Source: Actinomycetes bacterium | GTDB lineage: Bacteria; Actinomycetota; Thermoleophilia; Solirubrobacterales; Solirubrobacteraceae | Direction: 5' to 3' | NCBI GenBank assembly: GCA_023404805.1 | Contig: JAEYAL010000156.1 | Location: 6,298-70,297 of the forward strand | DNA: 64,000 nt | In this document: positions 16,284 through 25,955 of the stretch, piece after piece | Layout of the letters: each line of letters begins with the position of its first letter | How positions within the stretch are numbered: position 1 is the stretch's first letter | Position numbers and translations under genes: made by a program | The notes under the pieces: generated by a model | Seen by the model: the letters and a program-made list of their open reading frames with translations, nothing else | Databases searched by the model: none | Told to the model about the DNA's origin: nothing

Positions 16284-18170
16284 TCAGCTGACGGGTTCGG
16301 TGCCGACGCCGCGGGCGCCCGCGACGCCCTGGCTCCGCCAGCTCGCGTCGAGCTGCGCGTAACGGCCGCCCGCAGCGACGAGCGATTCGTGCGTGCCGGT
16401 CTCGGTGACGCGGCCGTCTTCGAGCACCGCGATCTGGTCGGCACCGCGGATCGTCGAGAGGCGGTGCGCGATCACGACGACAGTCCGACCGGCCATCAGC
16501 GTGTGAAGCGCATGCTCGATCAGCCGCTCCGACCGGGGATCGACAGCCGCGGTCGCCTCGTCGAGGATCAGCAGCCGCGGATCGGCGAGCAGCATGCGGG
16601 CAAACGCCAGCAGCTGCCGCTGGCCGCCGGACAGCTGCACGCCGCGCTCACCGATCTCCGCGCCGAGGCCGCCGTTCAAGGCCGTCACGAACTCAGCGGC
16701 GCCGATCGCGCGCAGCGCGCCGAGCAGCTCCTCGTCGGTCGCATCCGGTCGGCCGAAGCGCAAGTTCTCGGCGATGGTGCCCGAGAAGAGGAACGGCTCC
16801 TGCGGGACGATCCCGAGCTGGCGCCGCAGCGAGTGCTGGGTGACGGTGCGCAGGTCGTGGCCGTCGATCGCGACGGACCCCTCGGTCGGGTCGTAGAACC
16901 GCGCGAGCAGCTTCGCCAGCGTCGATTTGCCAGCGCCCGTCGCCCCGACCAGGGCGAGTGTCTGGCCAGCCGGCAGGTCGATCGACACCTCGCGCAGCGC
17001 CCAGGGCGTGTCGCCTGAGTACCGGAAGCTCACGCCGTCGAGCGTCAGGCGGCCAGCGACCGCTGGCAGCTCGACCGCGTCCTTGGCGTCATCGAGCTCG
17101 ATCGGCTCGTCGAGCAGTTCGAAGATCTTGTCGAGCGCCGCCATGCCCGACTGGTACGTCGTATAGAGCTGGCTGAGCTGCTGGATCGGGTCGAAGAAGT
17201 TGCCGAGCGTGGCCATGAACAGCACGAGGACGCCGACGGTCGTGTCGCCCTGGATCACCTGCACGCCGCCGACCGCGAGCACGAGCATCGTCGCCAGCGC
17301 GCTCGTGAACTCAACGGCGGGGAAGTACGCGGCGTTGAGATGGACGGTCGTCATGTTCGCCTCGCGGTTGCGCTCGTTGAGCTCAGCGAAACGCTCGAGG
17401 TGGCGGTCCTCGCGGCCGAACGCTCGCACGACGCGCACGCCCGACACCGTCTCCTGCAGCTCCGCCGTGAGCGCGCCGATCGTCTCGCGGGTGCGCTTGT
17501 AGGCGTCGGCGGCCGCGATCCGGAACAGGACCGAGCCGATGACCACGACCGGCAGCACCGCGAAGCTCAGGAGCGCGAGCCCAGGGTCGTAGAAGAAGAG
17601 GATGGCGCTGGCGCCGATCAGCGTGAGCCCGGACTGGAACAGCGTCACGACCGCGTCAGACACGAGCGTGTCGAGGGCCTGCACATCGTTGGTGAGCCGC
17701 GAGATCAGCACACCCGTGCGCTTGCGCTCGTAGAACGCCACGGGCAGCCGCTGCAGGTGCGTGAAGATCTGGATGCGCAGGTCCTGCAGGACGCGCTGCC
17801 CGACCCAGCTCACGAGGTACGTCTGCAGCGCGGTGCCAGCCCACACGAGCAGCGCCGACAGCGCGAACAGGATCACGACGACGGTCAGCACCTGCGAGTC
17901 GCCGGCCTTGATGCCGTCGTCGATCGCGTGCTTGACCAGCGGCCCCGGAGCGAGCGATGCGAGGGTCGCCGCGACCAGCGCCGCGAACATCGCTGCGACG
18001 CGGCCGCGGTAGGGACGCAGCAGCGTGCCGAGCCGGCGCAGCTTGCGGCCGCCACCGCGCGTCGACGCCATCCGGCGCCGCAACTCGGCCCGGCCGCGCA
18101 GCTTCGGCTCCGCCGGGCCGTCGGCCTCGCTGACGTAGCGGGGCGGGGGAGGACTGCCGTCGCCGCTCAC
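16284..18170 (-). CDS. ABC exporter, fused permease/ATPase (heterodimer partner)
   Basis: The protein has a six-helix TMD, Walker A (GATGAGKST), the signature LSGGQRQ and Walker B (LILDEAT). Confidence 0.9.
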   Translation of the reverse strand: MSGDGSPPPPRYVSEADGPAEPKLRGRAELRRRMASTRGGGRKLRRLGTLLRPYRGRVAAMFAALVAATLASLAPGPLVKHAIDDGIKAGDSQVLTVVVILFALSALLVWAGTALQTYLVSWVGQRVLQDLRIQIFTHLQRLPVAFYERKRTGVLISRLTNDVQALDTLVSDAVVTLFQSGLTLIGASAILFFYDPGLALLSFAVLPVVVIGSVLFRIAAADAYKRTRETIGALTAELQETVSGVRVVRAFGREDRHLERFAELNERNREANMTTVHLNAAYFPAVEFTSALATMLVLAVGGVQVIQGDTTVGVLVLFMATLGNFFDPIQQLSQLYTTYQSGMAALDKIFELLDEPIELDDAKDAVELPAVAGRLTLDGVSFRYSGDTPWALREVSIDLPAGQTLALVGATGAGKSTLAKLLARFYDPTEGSVAIDGHDLRTVTQHSLRRQLGIVPQEPFLFSGTIAENLRFGRPDATDEELLGALRAIGAAEFVTALNGGLGAEIGERGVQLSGGQRQLLAFARMLLADPRLLILDEATAAVDPRSERLIEHALHTLMAGRTVVVIAHRLSTIRGADQIAVLEDGRVTETGTHESLVAAGGRYAQLDASWRSQGVAGARGVGTEPVS

Positions 18171-19930
18171 AGGCCGGCCTCCTCGCGGGGCGCGAGCGCG
18201 AGGCTCGGCGCGTACTCGGCGCCGAGGTCGGTGAGGTCGCGGAACAGCGGGCAGCGCTCGCGCAGCTCCGCGGCGGTGCCGTGGTCGAGCACGCGGCCGT
18301 GCTCGAGAACGACGATCTCGTCGGCGAGGGCGAGCGTCGCGGGGCGGTTCGTGATCAGCAGCGCCGTGCGGTCGCCGATCGCCTGGCGCAGGCCGTCGAC
18401 CAGCGCGAGCTCCGTCGTCGCGTCGACGGCCGCCGTGGCGTCGTCGAGCACCAGCACTCGCGGGCGGGCGAGCAGCGCGCGGGCGATCGCCAGGCGCTGG
18501 CGCTGGCCGCCCGACAGCGTCAGGCCACGCTCGCCGATCGGCGTGTCGTAGCCGCGGTCCATCGCGGCGATGGTGTCGTGGATCTGCGCGAGGCGGGCAG
18601 CCTGCTCGATCTCCTCGAGCGTCGCGTCGGGCCGTGCGTAGGCGATGTTCTCGGCGATGCTCGCGGTGAACAGGAACGGCGCATCGTCGACGACGGCGAT
18701 CTCGCGGCGCAGCCTGATCGGGTCGAGTTTGCGGAGGTCGACCCCGTCGAGCCAGACGGAGCCGGCGGTGGGGTCGTAGAGCCGCGAGACCAGCGATGCC
18801 ACGGCGCTCTTGCCGGAGCCGGTCGGTCCGACGAGCGCGACGACGCGGCCTCCGGAGATATCGAGGTCGAGCCCCGAGACGGCGTCCGTCGTGGCCTGCT
18901 CGAACCGCAGCGCGACACCGCGCAGCTCGATGTGGCCGGGGCCCTCGGGCAGCGGCGTGGGGTTCGGCACGGCGACGATGCGCGGCTTCCGGTCGAGGAC
19001 CTCGAAGAGCCGCGCCCCGGAGGCGACTGCGCGCTGCGCCATCCCGAGCGAGGTGCCGAGGATCCGCATCGGGCCGAGCAGCGCGAGCACGTAGCCGTAG
19101 AACGCGGTGAACTCGCCGATCGTGATCTTGCCGTCGATCACCTGGTTGCCGCCCACCACGAGCACGAGCGCGAGGCCGACCTGGGGGAGGAGCCCGATCA
19201 GCGGGTTGTAGAAGGCCCGCAGCCGGGTCGCGTGCATCGATTGGGTGAAGACGCGTTCGGCGGATTCGGCGAAGCGCTCCCGCTGGCGCTCCTCGCGCGC
19301 GAAGGCCCGCACGACGCGGACGCCGCTGATGCTCTCCTCAGCCTCCGACGTGAGCTCGCCGACTCGCTGCTGGACCTCCTGCAGCGATGGGCGGGCCAGC
19401 ACGCCGTAGCGGCGCGCGATCCAGACGACGAACGGCACCGGCGCGAGCGCCTGAAGAGCCAAGCCGGGGTTGATCCAGATCATCGCCGCCGCGCTGAGCA
19501 TGATGGTGAGCGCCGACTGCAGGAGGAAGATGAGGCCGTAGCCGAGGAAGAAGCGCACGGCACCAAGGTCGACCGTGGCCCGCGACATCATCTGGCCGGT
19601 CCGGCTGCCGGCGAAGTAGGCGATCTCGAGCGACTGCAGGTGCTCGGCGAACCGCTGGCGCAGATCGCGTTCGACGCCGAGCGACACGCGGCCAGCGACC
19701 TCCCGCCGCAGCACCGTGAGGATCCAGCGCGCGGTCGCCGCAGCGGCGAGGACCCAGATCCAGGTGGTGAGATCGTCACGGTTGCCCCGGTCGGCGGCGT
19801 CGACCGCCTGGCCGGTGATCGCGGGGATCGCGACCGTGCCGGCCATCGCGAAGAGCGCGAAGAGCACCGAGAGCACCGATCCGGTCTTGTGAGGCGCCAG
19901 GAAGCCCAGCAGCCGTGAGAAGACGCGCAT
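18167..19930 (-). CDS. ABC exporter, fused permease/ATPase (heterodimer partner)
   Basis: The protein has a TMD, Walker A (GPTGSGKSA), the signature LSGGQRQ and Walker B (LVLDDAT). Its stop overlaps the next gene's start by 4 nt. Confidence 0.9.
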   Translation of the reverse strand: MRVFSRLLGFLAPHKTGSVLSVLFALFAMAGTVAIPAITGQAVDAADRGNRDDLTTWIWVLAAAATARWILTVLRREVAGRVSLGVERDLRQRFAEHLQSLEIAYFAGSRTGQMMSRATVDLGAVRFFLGYGLIFLLQSALTIMLSAAAMIWINPGLALQALAPVPFVVWIARRYGVLARPSLQEVQQRVGELTSEAEESISGVRVVRAFAREERQRERFAESAERVFTQSMHATRLRAFYNPLIGLLPQVGLALVLVVGGNQVIDGKITIGEFTAFYGYVLALLGPMRILGTSLGMAQRAVASGARLFEVLDRKPRIVAVPNPTPLPEGPGHIELRGVALRFEQATTDAVSGLDLDISGGRVVALVGPTGSGKSAVASLVSRLYDPTAGSVWLDGVDLRKLDPIRLRREIAVVDDAPFLFTASIAENIAYARPDATLEEIEQAARLAQIHDTIAAMDRGYDTPIGERGLTLSGGQRQRLAIARALLARPRVLVLDDATAAVDATTELALVDGLRQAIGDRTALLITNRPATLALADEIVVLEHGRVLDHGTAAELRERCPLFRDLTDLGAEYAPSLALAPREEAGL

Positions 19931-19989
19931 CGGGCTCCACTCTAGGGGCCGCGCGAGCCGCGCCGCAGCCGCCCGCGCTGCAAGCGATC

Positions 19990-20202
19990 ATGCAGTCTGT
20001 GAACGCGCCACCGGCTCCACCAGCTCCCGGACTGTGCGCGGCGTGCGCGCATTTGCGGGTGATCCGCAGCGGCCGCGGCTCGGTGTTCACGATGTGCGAA
20101 CGCGGCCTGCGCAAGGAACCGGGCTACGTCAAGTACCCGCGCTTGCCGGTCTTGCGCTGCGCCGGGTTTGAGCCTGGAGCGGAGCGCCCCGGAAACGGCT
20201 GA
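19990..20202 (+). CDS. small conserved Cys-containing hypothetical protein
   Basis: The internal ATG at 19990 gives MQSVNAPPAPPAPGLCAACAHLRVIRSGRGSVFTMCERG...LRCAGFEP. It has 4 Cys, possibly forming a zinc ribbon. Confidence 0.5.
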   Translation: MQSVNAPPAPPAPGLCAACAHLRVIRSGRGSVFTMCERGLRKEPGYVKYPRLPVLRCAGFEPGAERPGNG

Positions 20203-20224
20203 GGGCCGCGTTCGCGGCCCTCAG
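20199..20224. terminator. bidirectional stem-loop between convergent genes
   Basis: CTGAGGGCCGC-gttc-GCGGCCCTCAG forms a perfect 11-bp stem. It overlaps the stop codon at 20200-20202. Confidence 0.6.
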
Positions 20225-20268
20225 GAAAACCTTCCAACCGGGTTGCGCCCCGGCGGTGTCGGCAGTGG

Positions 20269-20568
20269 TTACTGCTCGCGAGCTGCGCGGCGCAGGGCCA
20301 CGCCAGTGCCCGCCAGGCCAAGGCCGGCGGCGGCGATCAGGCCGGCCTCGAGGCCGGTGAACGGAAGGCTGGAGTTGCTCGTGGTCGACGGCGAGGCGTC
20401 GGCCGTGTCGGTCGGCGTGGTGTCGTCGGACTCGGTGTCGGTCTCGTCCGAGACGACGACGTCATCGTCGTCGCCGTATGCGTCCTGGGTCGCCGAAGCG
20501 GCGAACGAGGTAGCGGGGGCGAAAACGAGGGCCGTCAGAGACAAGGCGAGGAGTCGGCGATGCAGCAT
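20269..20568 (-). CDS. 99-aa acidic LPXTG-type cell-wall sorting-signal protein
   Basis: The internal ATG at 20568 starts the signal peptide MLHRRLLALSLTALVFAPATSFAASA. A D/E/T/S-rich ~40-aa segment follows. The C-terminus is LPFTG, then the hydrophobic LEAGLIAAAGLGLAGTGVAL, then the RRAAREQ tail. Confidence 0.7.
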   Translation of the reverse strand: MLHRRLLALSLTALVFAPATSFAASATQDAYGDDDDVVVSDETDTESDDTTPTDTADASPSTTSNSSLPFTGLEAGLIAAAGLGLAGTGVALRRAAREQ

Positions 20569-20835
20569 GCAGGTAAGACCGGTAGCAGGTCGGAAGGTTT
20601 CGGAAGTGTATCGGAGGCCCGGACGGCAGACAACGCGTGAGTCGTTCGACTGTGACGGATGTTGCAGGGCATCCCGGCTCGGCTTCCGGCCAGGCATCGT
20701 ACAGATGGCCACCGGCAGAGCGGTCGCTCGCAAAGAGGTCCGACCAGTGCCGATCTCCCTGGAAGCGGCCCGAACGGATTCGGGTGCCACGCCGCTGGGC
20801 AAGGAGCCCGCGGGCACTGCAAGGAGCAACGCACG

Positions 20836-22272
20836 ATGCCATGGATGGCTGCACGCGCCCGCGTGCGAGGGATCTCGAGGAGCGGCCTGGCCGGGCTGGG
20901 CGCACGCCTGCCTGGGCTCGCAGCCGCCGGAGTCCTGGCCGCCTGCATCGGCCCGCTCGTGCCAGCGGCATCAGCAGAGGTGTCGGTGACGGAGTATCTC
21001 CCCTCCGGGCAGGCACGGACGCTCGACGACGGCCCCGCTGGCTGGAGCGCCTCCGCGCAGGTCACGGCCGTCGGCTGCGGCGCCTCCGGGTGCCCGCAGG
21101 CGACGGGCGACTGGGTCGCGGGCGCCGGTTCCCGCGGGCCTGGGGACGGCGCGCTTGAGGCCAAAGTGACTGGTCTGGCCGGGCAAGCGGGCGTCGCCAC
21201 CGTCACGTGGAGGTCGCCGGCCTTCCTTGCGCCGCTGGACAGCGAAGCGCAGGCGTTCTCGATCGCAAGCCAGGCCGTCTCCACCGAGAGCGCGCCTGCA
21301 GGAGCGTCCAGCGTCAAGGTCTCGCTGGCGCCGTTCGGCGGCTTGGGAAGTCGAACAGTCGTTGAATACGCAACTCCTACCTTCGATGGCAGCTGGACGC
21401 CTGGGCCACGGCGCGCGCTAGCGCCTGGCGCGTTGCCGCTTGGCTCATTGCACCGTTTGGAGGTCGAAGCGACGTTCCCGTTCGATTCGGCTGCCCGCGG
21501 AGCGCGTCTGCTGCGTTTCGATCTGCCCACGATCGACGTCCGCCGCACGTTTGAACCGCCCACCGGAGACCCCGGTCCCGAGCCTTCGCAGCCCGATCCT
21601 GCGGTGAGCGAACCGGTCGGCTCCGGAGCCGCGCAGTCCGTCGGCGGGCAGCTCGCTGCCTGCGGGGGCGAAGAGGTCGTGGTCCTCGGCGCGGCAGCGG
21701 CAAACGGGCGGATCGCGCTCAGCGGCGTCTCCTCGCGTGCGGCGGGCTCTCGCGTCGACCTCATCAGCGCTGATGGCTGGGCGCTGGGCCGCACCACGGT
21801 CGGCCCCTCCGGGACCTTCGCGCTGCGCGCGCGGCAGCCGAACGGCAGCCAGCGGATCGGGAGCGTCCGCGCGCGCCTCGCGGACGGCGAGCAGTCGCCG
21901 GTGGTGCGGGTCGGCCGCGACAACGTCCTCGAGTCCGTCCGCCAGCGCGGCGGCACCGTCACCGTGGCGGGCGTCCTGGGTCCGCGAGCGCGCGCCCGGC
22001 GGTCTGCAGTCGCGATCGTCATCCCCGGCGCCGACCCGTGTGGCCCGGGACAAATCGTGCACGCCACCTCGCAGCGGGTCGATCGGCGCAGCGGACGCTA
22101 CCGCGCCTCCGCGCCTGTTTCGGCGGCTCCGGCCGGAACTGCCGAGATGCAGCCATTTCCGGTCATTCGAGCCCAGGTCACGACCTGGGGCCCAGGCTTG
22201 CCCCGTCGGGTGACAACCAGTCAGCCCATACTCGGCGCTCCGTCGGGTATTGCTTTGAGGCGACCGGGTTAG
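20836..22272 (+). CDS. secreted hypothetical protein
   Basis: The ATG at 20836 is preceded by AAGGAG (20821-20826). A signal-like N-terminus is present (GLAAAGVLAACIGPLVPAASAEV). I recognise no motif. Confidence 0.6.
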   Translation: MPWMAARARVRGISRSGLAGLGARLPGLAAAGVLAACIGPLVPAASAEVSVTEYLPSGQARTLDDGPAGWSASAQVTAVGCGASGCPQATGDWVAGAGSRGPGDGALEAKVTGLAGQAGVATVTWRSPAFLAPLDSEAQAFSIASQAVSTESAPAGASSVKVSLAPFGGLGSRTVVEYATPTFDGSWTPGPRRALAPGALPLGSLHRLEVEATFPFDSAARGARLLRFDLPTIDVRRTFEPPTGDPGPEPSQPDPAVSEPVGSGAAQSVGGQLAACGGEEVVVLGAAAANGRIALSGVSSRAAGSRVDLISADGWALGRTTVGPSGTFALRARQPNGSQRIGSVRARLADGEQSPVVRVGRDNVLESVRQRGGTVTVAGVLGPRARARRSAVAIVIPGADPCGPGQIVHATSQRVDRRSGRYRASAPVSAAPAGTAEMQPFPVIRAQVTTWGPGLPRRVTTSQPILGAPSGIALRRPG

Positions 22273-22430
22273 ACCGGGCGCCTGCGGTGGGGGCGGCGGG
22301 CATGGAGTGCTTGTCGTCCCCACCACAGGCGCCCGACCGAGGCCCGCCTCCGAGCAAGCGTGGCACACCGCGCAAACCGCCCCTCGGCGATGCCCGTACC
22401 TCGCGGCAAACGCGTGGCGCGGAGGCGGCG

Positions 22431-22970
22431 CTACGCCCCGACGCTGGCCGCCGCAGCGACGGCGAGGCGGTCGGCGCGGTCGTTGAGCGCCTTGTGCTCG
22501 TGCCCGGCGCCCGTCTGGTGGCCGCGCACCCAATGCCAGCGGACCGATTGCAGGCGCTGGACTTCGGCGTCGAGCGCCATCACGAGGTCCTGGTTGGCGA
22601 CGGGCTTGCCTGCGGCCGTCTTCCAGCCCTTGCGCTTCCAGCCGGCGAGCCAGGTCGTCATCGAGTTCACGAGCAGCTGCGAGTCGGTCACGACGCAGGC
22701 GGACGCGTCGTCCGGCAGCGACCGCAGCCCGTTGAGGGCTGCGGTGAACTCCATGCGGTTGTTCGTCGTCTGCGGTTCGCCGCCCGACAGCTCGACCGGT
22801 TCGCCGCCGCCTGGCGGGACGACGATCGCCGCCCAGCCGCCCGGGCCGGGGTTGCCGCTGCAGGCGCCGTCGGTCCAGATCAGCGTCTCGCCAGGACGCT
22901 GCTCGGCGGGCGATTCGACGATGCGGTTGCGGGGACGGCGAGCAGGGGGCACCCGCCCGATGGTAGGCAC
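22431..22970 (-). CDS. rnhA: ribonuclease HI
   Basis: IWTDGACSGNPGPGGWAA, TNNRMEFTA, VTDSQLL, WKRKGWKT and HEHKALNDRADRLA are present. Confidence 0.9.
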   Translation of the reverse strand: MPTIGRVPPARRPRNRIVESPAEQRPGETLIWTDGACSGNPGPGGWAAIVVPPGGGEPVELSGGEPQTTNNRMEFTAALNGLRSLPDDASACVVTDSQLLVNSMTTWLAGWKRKGWKTAAGKPVANQDLVMALDAEVQRLQSVRWHWVRGHQTGAGHEHKALNDRADRLAVAAAASVGA

Positions 22971-22998
22971 CTGGCGGGCGGAGCGCCCCTGGGCCGGC

Positions 22999-24090
22999 TC
23001 AGGCCGGGAGCGACCCCGCCGGGCCCGGCAGGCCGCTTGGCTGCTCGACGGCGTCGCGGATGACCTCGTCGCTCGGCGCTTGCGGATCGCGCTCGTCCGG
23101 GAAGATCTCGCGGACCCAGCCCGCCATCTCCTTGAGCGCGCGCCGCGCTTCGGGGTTGGCCATCCACATCGGGACGACGTGGCCCTGCCCCTCGTAGGTC
23201 TGCAGCTCGACCCGGCCGCCAGCCGCGCCGATGCGGTGCGCGAGGTCGACGCCGTCGTCGAGCAACACCTCGGCGTCGCCGACCTGGATCAGCGTGGGCG
23301 GCAGCGCCGCGAGCTGCTCGGGCGACGCGTGCAGCGGCGAGTTGTGCCAGTCGGCGCGCTCAGCCGGGTCGGGCACGAGCGCCCGCGCGATGCGGTCGAG
23401 GACGGTGCCAGCGATGAAGAACTCGGTCTTGGCGTTCGACTGGCGCGACGGGCCGCCGTCGCCGAGGTCGGTCCACGGCGAAAGCAGGATCAGCCCGGCC
23501 GGCTGCGGCAACCCCTGCTCCTGGGCGGCGAGGCTGACGTAGGCCGCGAGGTTCCCGCCGGCGGAATCGCCCGCCACCAGGATCGCCTCCGGCGGATACC
23601 CCTCGTCGAGGAGGCCGCGGTACGCGTCGAGGCAGTCGGACTGGCAGGTCTGGATCGAGCCCTCGGGGACCATCCGGTAGTCGACCGACACGACCGGCGT
23701 GGAGAGCACCTGCGAGATGCGCGAGGCGAGGTTGCGGTGCGTGGCGGGGGACCCGATCACGAAGCCCCCGCCATGCAGGTAGAGCACGACGCGCTGGTGC
23801 GGGTCGACCTCATGGGCGCGCGGCGCGCGGGTCCACTCGACGGGCACGCCGCCGACCTTGGTGCGGTCGAGCTTGGTGCCACGCAGCGGCGGCGCCGGAG
23901 CGCCAAGCAGGCGGCGCCCGAACACCACGCCCCGCGACGTCGGGCGGAAGGCCGCGACCGTCGGGTAGATCGTCGCGCGCATGAACCGGCGGTGGCGCAC
24001 GCTGGCCGGACTTGGAGGGCCGAAGCGCCGCAGGACGAGACCGTCGCGCTCCTCGCGCTGCTGTTCGAGGGCGTACCGGCGCTGGGACAT
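22999..24090 (-). CDS. alpha/beta hydrolase, hormone-sensitive-lipase-type esterase
   Basis: The internal ATG is at 24090. The oxyanion motif is HGGGFVIGS and the nucleophile elbow is GDSAGGNLA. A late DAEVLLDD...GQGHV region is also present. Confidence 0.85.
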   Translation of the reverse strand: MSQRRYALEQQREERDGLVLRRFGPPSPASVRHRRFMRATIYPTVAAFRPTSRGVVFGRRLLGAPAPPLRGTKLDRTKVGGVPVEWTRAPRAHEVDPHQRVVLYLHGGGFVIGSPATHRNLASRISQVLSTPVVSVDYRMVPEGSIQTCQSDCLDAYRGLLDEGYPPEAILVAGDSAGGNLAAYVSLAAQEQGLPQPAGLILLSPWTDLGDGGPSRQSNAKTEFFIAGTVLDRIARALVPDPAERADWHNSPLHASPEQLAALPPTLIQVGDAEVLLDDGVDLAHRIGAAGGRVELQTYEGQGHVVPMWMANPEARRALKEMAGWVREIFPDERDPQAPSDEVIRDAVEQPSGLPGPAGSLPA

Positions 24091-24198
24091 CAGACGCTTG
24101 TATCGCACCGCCGCTCCGCTGTCACGCCCGATCAGGCAGACTGCGGCGCGACGACCCGGCTCGCCGCGCGCGGCCAGCCGACCACAAGGAGCTGCTCC

Positions 24199-24876
24199 GT
24201 GCCCACGCTCGAACGCGACGGCGACGTCTTCATCCTCAACCTCGGCGACGACGAGAACCGCTTCAACCCGCCGTGGGTCGCAGGGGTCAACGCGGCGCTC
24301 GACGAGGTCGAAGCAGCCGAGGGTCCCAAGGCCCTGGTGACCAAGGCCGACGGCAAGTTCTGGTCGAACGGGCTCGATCTCGCGTGGATCGGGGAGCACC
24401 AGGGCGAGGCCCAGACGTTCATCGACACCGTGCACGCGCTGTTCGCCCGCGTGCTGCTGTTCCCGGCGCCGACCGTCGCCGCGATCCAGGGCCACTGTTT
24501 CGCCGCTGGCGCCATGCTCGCGACCGCTCACGACTTCAAGGTCATGCGCGAGGACCGCGGCTACTGGTGCACGCCCGAGGTCGACATCCACATCCCGTTC
24601 ACCCCGGGGATGGCGTCGCTGCTGCAAGCGCGCCTGCCGAAGGCGACCGCTCACGAGGCGATGACTATGGGCCGCCGCTACGGCGGCAAGGACGCCGTGG
24701 AGTTCGGCATCGTCGACCACTCCGCCAAGGAGCGGCAGCTGCAGGACTGGGCGGTGGCGCGTGCCGCGGCGCTGGTCAACAAGGACGGCCGGACGCTGGC
24801 CCGCATCAAGGAGCGCATGTACGGCGACACCGCAGCCGTGCTGCGCGACCCTGCGGCCAATCAGCTCGGCGCCTAG
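24199..24876 (+). CDS. enoyl-CoA hydratase/isomerase (crotonase) family protein
   Basis: The GTG at 24199 follows AAGGAG (24186-24191). FWSNGLDL and GHCFAAGAMLA motifs are present. The long ORF upstream of this start is shadow. Confidence 0.8.
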   Translation: MPTLERDGDVFILNLGDDENRFNPPWVAGVNAALDEVEAAEGPKALVTKADGKFWSNGLDLAWIGEHQGEAQTFIDTVHALFARVLLFPAPTVAAIQGHCFAAGAMLATAHDFKVMREDRGYWCTPEVDIHIPFTPGMASLLQARLPKATAHEAMTMGRRYGGKDAVEFGIVDHSAKERQLQDWAVARAAALVNKDGRTLARIKERMYGDTAAVLRDPAANQLGA

Positions 24877-24898
24877 CGCACCAGAACGGAGGCCGCTC

Positions 24899-25438
24899 GT
24901 GACCGCTGCGCCTGACCCGAGCTCCGGCGCAGCGCCCCTTGAGATCCGCGTCGCGCGGCTCGAGGACCTCGCTGGGATCGTCGCCATCTACAACGCGTCG
25001 ATCCCGGGTCAGAAGTCGACGGCCGACCTGGAACCCGTCACGGTCGAGTCGCGGATGGCGTGGTTCGTCATGCATGCGCCCGACCACCGCCCGATCTGGG
25101 TCGCCGACCGCGGCGGCCAGGTCGTCGGGTGGCTGAGCTTCAGCGACTACTACGGGCGCCCGGCCTATCGGACGACCGTGGAGGTCGGCGTCTACGTGGC
25201 GCCGGAGGCGCAGGGGCAGGGCGTCGCGCGGGCGCTGGTCGCGCATGCGATCGACGCCGCGCCGGGCCTCAGCGTCCGCACGCTGCTGTGGATCACCTTC
25301 GCGGTGAACGAGGCCAGCCTGCTGCTGGCCGAGTCGGTCGGCTTCACGCGCTGGGGCCTGCTGCCGAAGGTGACCGAGCTGTCCGGCGTGCGCCGCGACA
25401 TCGCGATCCTCGGCCTGGAGCTCGCCGACCCAGACTGA
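24899..25438 (+). CDS. GNAT N-acetyltransferase (phosphinothricin acetyltransferase-like)
   Basis: The GTG at 24899 follows GGAGG. IRVARLEDLAGIVAIYN and YVAPEAQGQGVARAL form the acetyl-CoA pocket motif. Confidence 0.8.
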   Translation: MTAAPDPSSGAAPLEIRVARLEDLAGIVAIYNASIPGQKSTADLEPVTVESRMAWFVMHAPDHRPIWVADRGGQVVGWLSFSDYYGRPAYRTTVEVGVYVAPEAQGQGVARALVAHAIDAAPGLSVRTLLWITFAVNEASLLLAESVGFTRWGLLPKVTELSGVRRDIAILGLELADPD

Positions 25439-25501
25439 CGGCACGGCGCCGCCGACGCTCCGGAAGAAGCGCGGGTCGACGAGGCTCGGGCGCGCGAGCC
25501 G

Positions 25502-25885
25502 CTACTGGCCGGCGACGCTTGAGACGTACTCGGCGACGGCCTTGATCTGCTCGGCCGAGAGGCGGTTCGCGAACGACGGCATGGACCCGTCGCCGTTCGT
25601 GACCTTCTCGGTCACGACGGCCGCGCTCGGCTTGACGTTGTCGAGGTTCGGGCCGATCGACCCCTTCGCGCCCGCTGCCGAAAGCGTGTGGCAGCTGCTG
25701 CAGTTGGCGTCCTTGAAGATCTGGTCGCCGGTCGTGGCCGTGATCGCGCTGCTGCTGCCGCCCGAACCGCCGCTGCCCGAGTCCGGCTCGCTGTCGCCGC
25801 AGCCCGCGAAAAGCGCCACCGCACCGGTGGCGGCGAGCATGGTCAGCGAGCGGGCGAGGGCGGAGGGAAACGGCATGCGCGACAT
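25502..25885 (-). CDS. membrane-anchored (lipoprotein-like) monohaem cytochrome c
   Basis: The lipobox-like sequence is ALFAGC and the haem motif is CSSCH. The distal Met lies in GDGSMPSF. An alternative start lies at 25876. Confidence 0.8.
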   Translation of the reverse strand: MSRMPFPSALARSLTMLAATGAVALFAGCGDSEPDSGSGGSGGSSSAITATTGDQIFKDANCSSCHTLSAAGAKGSIGPNLDNVKPSAAVVTEKVTNGDGSMPSFANRLSAEQIKAVAEYVSSVAGQ

Positions 25886-25955
25886 CCTGCCGGATCCCGC
25901 GGCAGGTGGCCACCGGTGCTTGCTCTCTCGCACGCAGCCGTGCAGTATCGGCGCC

